A stretch of 38,937 nt of DNA. Source: Candidatus Moraniibacteriota bacterium. Its GTDB lineage: Bacteria; Patescibacteriota; Minisyncoccia; Moranbacterales; UBA1568. Positions 32,051 to 38,887 of the stretch are shown in pieces. The stretch spans positions 1 to 38,937 of the forward strand of contig JBAQNF010000096.1 of the NCBI GenBank assembly GCA_049303555.1, written 5' to 3'. The translations under genes were made by a program, and so were the position numbers. Position 1 is the first letter of the stretch; every line of letters begins with the position of its first letter. The notes under the pieces were generated by a model that did not search any database, was not told the DNA's origin, and saw only the letters and a list, made by a program, of their open reading frames with translations.

Positions 32051-32095
32051 GAAGGCAGGTCGACAGGGGGGAATAACCAACTACAAAAAAACATC

Positions 32096-32227
32096 ATGAA
32101 AATCTTCAATGTGTACGTTAAAAATCATCAGAAGAAAAAGCGAGACGCGATCGTTCGAAAGATTGAGGCGTCGGTGCTTTTCGTAGTAGGGACATTTGCA
32201 GGGGCTTCGTTTTATACAATCATCTAA
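32096..32227 (+). CDS. small basic protein with a C-terminal TM segment (43 aa)
   Basis: ATG 32096 preceded by GGAATAACCAAC...AAAAAAACATC. MKIFNVYVKNHQKKKRDAIVRKIEASVLFVVGTFAGASFYTII. Confidence 0.4.
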   Translation: MKIFNVYVKNHQKKKRDAIVRKIEASVLFVVGTFAGASFYTII

Positions 32228-32235
32228 CCAAAAGC

Positions 32236-32317
32236 AGTGATCCGTTTGACACTCTCCCTCTCGGGATGAATCCGTGCGAGCCGGATGGTGGAGTGGGAGA
32301 ACGACAAACGGATCACT
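32236..32317 (+). other. 82-nt compound hairpin immediately upstream of ssb
   Basis: 13-bp perfect outer stem AGTGATCCGTTTG / CAAACGGATCACT. Inner stems TCTCCC/GGGAGA, CTC/GAG and ATCCG/CGGAT. Confidence 0.6.
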
Positions 32318-32330
32318 AAAAAACATCACT

Positions 32331-32777
32331 ATGAATTTGAACAAGGCAGAGATCATCGGGCGAGTGACTAAGGACCCGGAACTTCGGACAATGCAAAACG
32401 GAACATCAGTTGCGTCGTTTGGGGTCGCAACAAATTTTAGTTACAACAGCAAGGGAGGGGAAAAAGTGGAGAGGGTTTCTTTTCACAACTGCACTCTCTT
32501 CGGGAAGGGTGCTGAGATCTTTTCGAAGTATGTGACCAAAGGACAAGAGGTCTATGTGTGTGGTCGCCTCGAGTACCAGGAATTTCAGAAGAAGGATGGA
32601 ACGCAGGGATCGAAGACGGTGATCATGGTCGACGATTTTCAGTTTGGTCAAAAGCCGAAGGGCTATCAGCAAGGGGCGGTCGATGAGAGCTCGCAGCCGG
32701 AACCAGACAGTGCGGAAGAAGTTGTCAGTTTTGGAGAGAAAACAGAGGAAATCAAAATTGAAGATGCAGCATTTTAG
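32331..32777 (+). CDS. ssb: single-stranded DNA-binding protein
   Basis: MNLNKAEIIGRVTKDPELRTMQNGTSVASFGVATN...FHNCTLFGKGAEIFSKYVTKGQEVYVCGRLEYQEF is an OB-fold SSB. Acidic C-terminal tip IEDAAF. Confidence 0.9.
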   Translation: MNLNKAEIIGRVTKDPELRTMQNGTSVASFGVATNFSYNSKGGEKVERVSFHNCTLFGKGAEIFSKYVTKGQEVYVCGRLEYQEFQKKDGTQGSKTVIMVDDFQFGQKPKGYQQGAVDESSQPEPDSAEEVVSFGEKTEEIKIEDAAF

Positions 32778-32785
32778 TTTTTACT

Positions 32786-33049
32786 ATGGAAAATAAAAAG
32801 TGGCAGAATCTTATTTATCGGAAATGTCCTGGGTGCGACACGGCACTGAACGCGGCGGCAAAGCGGGGGCGATTGGTCTTTGAGTGTCCGACTGATGGAT
32901 GTGGGTTTGCAATCCACGCGTCATCATATGTTCGTATTCTTATGGACAAGACGCATATCTTGAGAAAGTTTCTTACCAAGGACGAAGAGGCTGCTCTTGA
33001 GAAGGCGTTATCAGTCGAGAGTCTATCAACCAACCAAAAAACACTATGA
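32786..33049 (+). CDS. zinc-ribbon protein (87 aa)
   Basis: CPGCDTALNAAAKRGRLVFECPTDGCGF. Confidence 0.45.
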   Translation: MENKKWQNLIYRKCPGCDTALNAAAKRGRLVFECPTDGCGFAIHASSYVRILMDKTHILRKFLTKDEEAALEKALSVESLSTNQKTL

Positions 33050-33255
33050 ACACAAACACAAACTTGAAGGTGGTGAACGTGAAGGAAATATTCCCATCGA
33101 AGACGAATGTCAATGGGAGAGTGAAGGGGGAAGAGTTTGATGAACTGGTGGCCAGTATTCGAGAGAAGGGAATCCTGACGCCGATTCTGGTCCGACCGGG
33201 GAATGAAATCTCAGTATGGACTGACACTAAAAGAACAAGAGAAACGCAGAGCTGA
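33046..33255 (+). CDS. ParB N-terminal-domain fragment (truncated before the GxxRxxA box)
   Basis: VVNVKEIFPSKTNVNGRVKGEEFDELVASIREKGILTPILVRPGNE matches the start of ParBc, then ends after 18 more codons. Confidence 0.45.
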   Translation: MNTNTNLKVVNVKEIFPSKTNVNGRVKGEEFDELVASIREKGILTPILVRPGNEISVWTDTKRTRETQS

Positions 33256-33607
33256 ACGCAAAAAAGAAAAAGAGAAGACACGGATTGCGAAGTTGGATCG
33301 TGAAAAGAAGTTGTCGGACGCTCTTGAAAAAGTGAAGTGGCCGATGAGTGACAAACACCTCGAAGCTCTTCTGGGACTGGTTCTTGAAATCAGTGGGGCA
33401 AATACCGCTCGGAGCATTGCAAAACGCCGGGAGCTCGATGTGGAGAAAGAGAAGAGTGAATTTACTGGGAGTACCAGTTATAACTACCTGGGAGCGATCA
33501 AGAAAAGTGTGAAGGCAATGACTAAGACCGAGAAGGTCCGGCTGGTGTTCGAACTCCTCATTGATACTGGATATGATTCACTTCGGAATGGGGTTGGTAA
33601 AATATAA
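33203..33607 (+). CDS. basic coiled-coil protein, possibly the distal part of a disrupted ParB-like gene
   Basis: Overlaps 33046-33255 by 53 nt in the +1 frame. KRRAERKKEKEKTRIAKLDREKK...KTEKVRLVFELLIDTGYDS. Confidence 0.4.
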   Translation: MKSQYGLTLKEQEKRRAERKKEKEKTRIAKLDREKKLSDALEKVKWPMSDKHLEALLGLVLEISGANTARSIAKRRELDVEKEKSEFTGSTSYNYLGAIKKSVKAMTKTEKVRLVFELLIDTGYDSLRNGVGKI

Positions 33608-33616
33608 TTTTATTTT

Positions 33617-34021
33617 ATGAAAAACTTTCTTATAGCGATCGTGGCGGTTGGTGTGATGATGTTGCCGGTACATTCTGTATCGGCCAGGGCTTCTGGTGGT
33701 GGGACGCATTTTAAGAATAATCCGCCCTATGATTGTTCGGTGACAAAAAAACCATCAACTCCGAAGTGGGTGGTGGTGACGAAGAAGGACAAGATTGGAG
33801 ATGGTAAAATCACGCTGACATGGGATGACAGTAAGAGGGCGCACGATGTGAAGGTCAAATATTGGTATGCCGGTGGGAAAAAGAAGACGGATGATACTGG
33901 TGACGATTCTCGAGAGGACTATAAAAACTTGAAGAAGGGGAAGCTATATCATTTCACTGTGAGGGGGTACTCGAATTGCGGTGAGAGTGGATGGAGTAAA
34001 GAATATCGGATAATGCCCTAA
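33617..34021 (+). CDS. secreted protein with a fibronectin-III-like domain
   Basis: Signal-peptide-like MKNFLIAIVAVGVMMLPVHSVSARA. KITLTWDDSKRAHDVKVKYW...YHFTVRGYSNCGESGWS resembles FN3. Confidence 0.45.
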   Translation: MKNFLIAIVAVGVMMLPVHSVSARASGGGTHFKNNPPYDCSVTKKPSTPKWVVVTKKDKIGDGKITLTWDDSKRAHDVKVKYWYAGGKKKTDDTGDDSREDYKNLKKGKLYHFTVRGYSNCGESGWSKEYRIMP

Positions 34022-34024
34022 TCT

Positions 34025-34444
34025 ATGAAAATTGTTGAATTGAGGCGGGAGATCAAGACATACTATGGCATTGAGTACGCTTTGGTTCTTATTGGACCAG
34101 AAGGAAAATATGCCGAAAGTTTTTCACCATTACCCGGAGATGTTTATCCGGATCTGTGGTGGTGTCTCGAATGGACAGAGAACAGTCGGGTGATTGCGCA
34201 ATATGCCCGGCCAAAATTTCTTTGGTGGGACACAAAGGAATGGACAAAGGATCGGTTGATGAATAAGAAAAACCAGTGCGAACTTCAGGCGGTGCTTGAA
34301 ATAAATTGGCTGATGGGGATGTTCGCACCGGAGATTGGAAAGTATCTCTTGAGAGAGTTGTGGGGATATTTCTTTGTGATGATGTCCACCTTTCCGCAGC
34401 AGATTCTTTTCCGGGTTAAAAAACTGATGGGAAAACAGGCATGA
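34025..34444 (+). CDS. hypothetical Trp-rich protein (139 aa)
   Basis: ORF with tight spacing to its neighbours. No motif. Confidence 0.4.
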   Translation: MKIVELRREIKTYYGIEYALVLIGPEGKYAESFSPLPGDVYPDLWWCLEWTENSRVIAQYARPKFLWWDTKEWTKDRLMNKKNQCELQAVLEINWLMGMFAPEIGKYLLRELWGYFFVMMSTFPQQILFRVKKLMGKQA

Positions 34445-34668
34445 ACGAACAGGAAAAAATGAAGAAGTTGATCGTGAATCAAAACATCATGATCCTAAAG
34501 CTGAAGGCTCTTGACCTTGAGGTGAAGGCGGCGCTGGCGCTTGCCAAGCAGGTGAATGGGCTTTCGACAGCTCTCCTTGGTGCGGGACTGCTTACGAAGG
34601 AGGGGATTGAATTGCACCAGAGTTTTGAAGTTAAAAAACCAGAAGAAAAAACAGAAGAATCTTTATGA
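34441..34668 (+). CDS. hypothetical coiled-coil protein (75 aa)
   Basis: ATGA overlap on both sides. Confidence 0.4.
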   Translation: MNEQEKMKKLIVNQNIMILKLKALDLEVKAALALAKQVNGLSTALLGAGLLTKEGIELHQSFEVKKPEEKTEESL

Positions 34669-35096
34669 AAGAAAAAGACATTCAGCGGGAATTTGGGAAG
34701 AAGATTTGGAAGCCGGGAGTGTTTGAACTGAAGCTATGCAAGGGGACATCGCTTTCATTCAGCGCATTGGCGGAGCACCAAGAGAAGGCACTCATGGATG
34801 TGTCGTGTGGTGGTGGGCTGTACCACAAAATTTCTGACAGCTTTATTTCAGACAAGGTCCGAGGGACGCGGTTTCCTATGCCGAAGCCGTTTGATTGTTT
34901 TTTCCTCAAGGAAGTCCAGGGATATGTGGTGGTGGTCTTCTATGTCCCGATCAAGAAAAAGATTTGCTACGCGATCAGGATTCAGGATTGGGTGAAGTGT
35001 CGGGAAGAGGTAGACAGGAAGAGTATCACCGAGGACATGGCGCTTGGGTTGTCGGAGTTTATCCTCGATTTGAAGGAGTGCCCGGACCGTGGATAA
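34665..35096 (+). CDS. putative PD-(D/E)xK-type nuclease (RecU/VRR-NUC-like)
   Basis: VFELKLCKGTSLSFSALAEHQEKALMDV resembles the E-x-K...HQ...L segment of RecU/VRR-NUC proteins. By eye only. Confidence 0.3.
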   Translation: MKEKDIQREFGKKIWKPGVFELKLCKGTSLSFSALAEHQEKALMDVSCGGGLYHKISDSFISDKVRGTRFPMPKPFDCFFLKEVQGYVVVVFYVPIKKKICYAIRIQDWVKCREEVDRKSITEDMALGLSEFILDLKECPDRG

Positions 35097-35104
35097 CTGG
35101 GGCA

Positions 35105-35133
35105 TTGCGTGAAAAAGGATAATGATTTATAGT
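35105..35133 (+). promoter_or_regulatory. sigma70-like promoter TTGCGT-N17-TATAGT
   Basis: Paralogous to the promoter at 32022. The -10 ends 6 nt before ATG 35140. Confidence 0.55.
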
Positions 35134-35139
35134 AGGAAC

Positions 35140-35403
35140 ATGATGAAAAAAGAATTGAAAAAAGAAGTGCAAAAGCAGCTGTGGCGCATGGGGAAGAAAG
35201 TGCGCGACATGGCTGGGATTCCAGGGGTCAACTATGATCTGCTTGTCGATGAAAAAATTCGTTTGTGTATTGAAAATGGAACCACAGAATGTGATGTCAT
35301 CGCACGAGAGAAGAATGGGAAGAAGGTGTATGCAAAGACTATAATGGGATTACCGATTCAAGAGTGGAAAACGCCGTCAGAGATATTTGGTCCAAAAGAA
35401 TAG
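35140..35403 (+). CDS. hypothetical protein (87 aa), possibly translated from a leaderless mRNA
   Basis: ATG 35140 lies at the expected transcription start of the 35105 promoter. Tracked ORF 35122 would start inside the promoter. Confidence 0.45.
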   Translation: MMKKELKKEVQKQLWRMGKKVRDMAGIPGVNYDLLVDEKIRLCIENGTTECDVIAREKNGKKVYAKTIMGLPIQEWKTPSEIFGPKE

Positions 35404-35470
35404 TCAGGTGCGCCGGGGGAGGCGCTACGGTCGAACCCCATGAAGGAATAACCAACCAAAAAATATCACT

Positions 35471-36079
35471 ATGAAAGATGAACAGGGAAAAGAGCTCGTC
35501 GAGGTGAAGCGTCAGATGAAGGGTATGCAAGCCATGCTCGACGCGACGCAGGTCACGAATGACGTGGAGCTTGGAGAAGTAGCCGACAAGATCAAGCGGG
35601 TGAAACAACTCGCGAAGATCGTGAAGGACAAAAAAGAAAAGTTTACAGAGCCAGCCAAGGCCATCATTACCGAAGCGCGTGAGACCTATGATCCGATGAT
35701 CAAGGAATGTCAGAACGCCGAGGAAGTGTTGAAGGGCCGAGCAAAAAAGTACATGGTCGAGCAGGACCGCAAGAGGATGGAGCAAGAGGCAAAGATCGCG
35801 GCGCGGGTCGAGAAGGGAACCATGAAGACGGAGACGGCCATGAGAAAAATCGAAGCCATGCCGGAAGTGCAGAAGACTATCAGAACTGATACAGGATCTG
35901 CCTTACGGATGACCAAGAGACGAGTGGCCAAAATCGTCAATCCGGAAATGATACCAGACGAATACTGGGTCATTGATGAGGTACGGGTGCGCAGGGAAGC
36001 ACTCGCGCGAGACAAATCAAATCTTCCGCAGATCACCGGAGTGGAGATCGTGGAGGAGGCTGATATGTCATCGCTCTAA
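35471..36079 (+). CDS. coiled-coil protein of the recombination module (function unknown)
   Basis: 202 aa, helical and charged. GGAATAACCAAC leader. Immediately upstream of recT. Confidence 0.45.
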   Translation: MKDEQGKELVEVKRQMKGMQAMLDATQVTNDVELGEVADKIKRVKQLAKIVKDKKEKFTEPAKAIITEARETYDPMIKECQNAEEVLKGRAKKYMVEQDRKRMEQEAKIAARVEKGTMKTETAMRKIEAMPEVQKTIRTDTGSALRMTKRRVAKIVNPEMIPDEYWVIDEVRVRREALARDKSNLPQITGVEIVEEADMSSL

Positions 36080-36105
36080 TTCAGGGGAGGCTAACCAAAA
36101 ACTAT

Positions 36106-37038
36106 ATGGCCAAAGAAAAAAAGGCCGAGAAGAAAGCGGCTAAGGTGGAAGCGGTTGCAGTAGCGGAACCGGAAACGGTGAAGCAGGAAGAGAAGCAGGA
36201 GATCAAAGTGATTGAGCGAATCATCGAAAATAGAGAAGTGGCGCCGGCTGACGCTTTTGGGAAGTTGTCGCGGCCACAGATTGAACTGATCAAGCGGACC
36301 ATCGCCAAGGGGGCGACGGATGATGAGCTGAACATGTTCATTCAGGTCTGCAAGGGGGCGCAGCTCAATCCATTTCTTCGCCAGGTGTTTCTGGTGAGGC
36401 GGTGGGATTCGAAGACTGGTGGAGAGGTCGGTGTGATCCAAGTGGGGATCGACGGTTTTCGAGCTGTCGCGGAAGGGTCAGGAGCCTATGCCGGGAATGA
36501 TGATCCGCTCTTTGCGGAAGAGGCCGATGTGCATGTGAAGGATAAAGCCGGGAAAGTCACCAAGACTTTCAAGGCGCCGAAGATGGCGACGGTCACAGTT
36601 CACAAAGTGATCGGCGGGACAAGCTATCCGTTCACCGCAACCGCGCGGTGGTCAGAATACTACCCGGGCGATAGAATGGGATTTCAGTGGCAAGCTCGCC
36701 CGTATCTTATGCTCGGAAAATGTGCGGAGGCGTTGGCCTTGCGTAAAGCGTTTCCAAAACTTCTGTCAGGGATGTACGAAGCGGCAGAGCTCGACAACTC
36801 TCAAGCGGATCAGCCACGACCACCGAAGATAGAGGCGTCATCGGATCAGGTATTCCAGACCCTTGTGGCACTGGTCCAGAAGTCCACGCTTGAACAGTTG
36901 AAGGGAATCAAGGAAAAGGTGGAAGCACCCGGAGAAAAAAAGTACACCGAAGAACAACGGAAGCAGCTTCTGGCGTTGGTCGACGCAAGGATCGCTGATC
37001 TTGAAATTCCGATAATCAACCAAGACGAGGAATCCTAA
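36106..37038 (+). CDS. recT: RecT/Bet-family single-strand annealing protein
   Basis: QIELIKRTIAKGATDDELNMFIQVCKGAQLNPFLRQVFLV...IQVGIDGFRAVAE...WQARPYLMLGKCAEALALRKAFP. Confidence 0.85.
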   Translation: MAKEKKAEKKAAKVEAVAVAEPETVKQEEKQEIKVIERIIENREVAPADAFGKLSRPQIELIKRTIAKGATDDELNMFIQVCKGAQLNPFLRQVFLVRRWDSKTGGEVGVIQVGIDGFRAVAEGSGAYAGNDDPLFAEEADVHVKDKAGKVTKTFKAPKMATVTVHKVIGGTSYPFTATARWSEYYPGDRMGFQWQARPYLMLGKCAEALALRKAFPKLLSGMYEAAELDNSQADQPRPPKIEASSDQVFQTLVALVQKSTLEQLKGIKEKVEAPGEKKYTEEQRKQLLALVDARIADLEIPIINQDEES

Positions 37039-37040
37039 AT

Positions 37041-37655
37041 ATGATCACGCCCAGGCCATACCTGTCATGGTCCTCGATGAATCTTTTTGAGAGCAATCTT
37101 GAAGGGTGGAAGCGAGTGTATCTGTACGGGGAACAGATGAGAGTCAACCGGGGTATGGCCTTTGGGCGGATCATGGCCGAGGGGTTGGAGCATGATGAGA
37201 TGACCGGGGATCCGGTACTTGATATGATCATGGCCCAGCTCCCGAAGTTCGAAATCATGGATCAACCTGTCAATGCCATCCTGAAAAACGGGAAAGAAGA
37301 AATCCCGCTCCTGGCCAAGCCGGACACGATGAAGGCGGACATGACCGCTTTTAAGGAATACAAGACCGGGCAGGCGCCTTGGAGCCGGAAGCAGGTGGAT
37401 GAGAGTGGCCAGATCACTTTCTATGCCACAGTGCTCTTCATCCTGACGCAGCGCATTCCGCACGATATCGAGCTGGTGCATGTCCAGACGGCAAAGGTAG
37501 TGGGCAAAGAGGCTGTAGACGCAAGAATCGGAGCCACAGGGGCTATCCACAGGCATCCGACCAGCCGGAACATGAGCCAAATCCTGAACATGATGATCCG
37601 CATGAAAAGGGCGTGGGAGGGGATTCAGAGGGTAACAGCAGAAGAAATGCTATGA
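37041..37655 (+). CDS. PD-(D/E)xK exonuclease (Cas4/RecB-like), partner of RecT
   Basis: YLSWSSMNLFE at the N-terminus, KPDTMKAD...FKEYKTG (D...ExK) and QITFYATVL (QxxxY). Confidence 0.65.
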   Translation: MITPRPYLSWSSMNLFESNLEGWKRVYLYGEQMRVNRGMAFGRIMAEGLEHDEMTGDPVLDMIMAQLPKFEIMDQPVNAILKNGKEEIPLLAKPDTMKADMTAFKEYKTGQAPWSRKQVDESGQITFYATVLFILTQRIPHDIELVHVQTAKVVGKEAVDARIGATGAIHRHPTSRNMSQILNMMIRMKRAWEGIQRVTAEEML

Positions 37656-38005
37656 AACCACTTACAAAAGAGGAGTCAGAGGTGATTGTGTTGGGAATCC
37701 TTCGCCGGCATACCGGGGTCGATAATGCCATCAATGACAAAATGATTCGTGACCTGGTGACGGTCGCGGACCCGGACAAAAGGAAGTTCGGCGCAGGGCT
37801 TCGCGATGTGGTCAATTCACTTCGACAGCAAGGCGAGCCGATCTGTTCCGGGTTGGTGGGTTATTGGTACGCGGCGGACATTGATGAGCTGGAGCAGAAT
37901 ATCAATGCCTTGGATGGCCGGGCGCTCAAGATCATGTCGGCAACCAAGGGGATGCGGGAGACACTCAATGTGTGGAAGCATAATCACCAAGAGAGACTCT
38001 TATGA
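37652..38005 (+). CDS. hypothetical protein (117 aa)
   Basis: ATG 37652 overlaps the previous stop (ATGA). No motif recognised. Confidence 0.45.
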   Translation: MKPLTKEESEVIVLGILRRHTGVDNAINDKMIRDLVTVADPDKRKFGAGLRDVVNSLRQQGEPICSGLVGYWYAADIDELEQNINALDGRALKIMSATKGMRETLNVWKHNHQERLL

Positions 38006-38283
38006 AAAAAGAATTGTACTATTCAGTTGAAAAAACATTGGCATGTCCGTTTATAAGCGACAGACAGAGGAAGTTGGTTGAGTTGAGGGGACAGGGTCTT
38101 TCTCTCAGGGCAGCCGGGAAGTTGATTGGGAATATCAGTCATCCTGAAAAAAGTGGAGTTGATCCAGAAAGAGCACGACAGATTGAAGCAAAGGCAGTCG
38201 ATACGGCTGATTCTTATACAGAGAAGTACGCAGAAAAGTGTCGTGTTCAAATGGAGGAGTATTTGAAAAGTAAAAAAGTATGA
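38002..38283 (+). CDS. sigma-70 region-4-like / LuxR-type HTH protein
   Basis: SDRQRKLVELRGQGLSLRAAGKLIGN......ERARQIEAKAV. Confidence 0.5.
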   Translation: MKKELYYSVEKTLACPFISDRQRKLVELRGQGLSLRAAGKLIGNISHPEKSGVDPERARQIEAKAVDTADSYTEKYAEKCRVQMEEYLKSKKV

Positions 38284-38576
38284 GCAAAGAAAAAAAGCAG
38301 CGGAGAGAGCAGAACGCTGCACTGTTGGAAGCGAACGGGATCAAGTATCAGTTTATGGATGAGCCGGCCGGACATATACGCATTGGACAGTTCGACATGT
38401 GGATCTCGACCGGGAAGTTTTTCAACAGAGAGACGAGGCGGTGGGGAGATGGAATCATGAACCTGATCAACTATCTCGGCGGAAAGGATGCGAGATTCTG
38501 CGGCGAGCATGACGATGAGAGTTGTTTTGGTGAAGTGATTCAGTGCAACAGTTGTCGATTCTTTTTTAAGGAATGA
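38280..38576 (+). CDS. hypothetical protein (98 aa)
   Basis: ATGA overlap with the upstream gene. C-terminal Cys cluster CGEHDDESCFGEVIQCNSC. Confidence 0.4.
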   Translation: MSKEKKQRREQNAALLEANGIKYQFMDEPAGHIRIGQFDMWISTGKFFNRETRRWGDGIMNLINYLGGKDARFCGEHDDESCFGEVIQCNSCRFFFKE

Positions 38577-38580
38577 GAGT

Positions 38581-38844
38581 ATGGACCAAGACTTCAAAAA
38601 ATTGTCAAATGAGAACAAGCATATCCCCACTGTGGAGATAGAACATGACATCCTGGAAACGGAAGCGGAGATCGTGACGATGACGAGAGAGGCAGAGCAC
38701 CTTGAGAAGACACCGCTATCATTGCCAACGGCTCGGTGGGATCACATGAGGGCACAGTCGAGGCGTGGCGGTATAGTGAAGAGGCAGGAATTTCTTCAGA
38801 AGCTGAAAGCCATTCTGGCAGTTAGAAAGGAGGAGGGGACATGA
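38581..38844 (+). CDS. hypothetical protein (87 aa)
   Basis: ORF in series with its neighbours. Confidence 0.4.
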   Translation: MDQDFKKLSNENKHIPTVEIEHDILETEAEIVTMTREAEHLEKTPLSLPTARWDHMRAQSRRGGIVKRQEFLQKLKAILAVRKEEGT

Positions 38845-38887
38845 AAAAATAAAGAGTGACGAGTCGATTCAATTTCTAAAAAATCTT

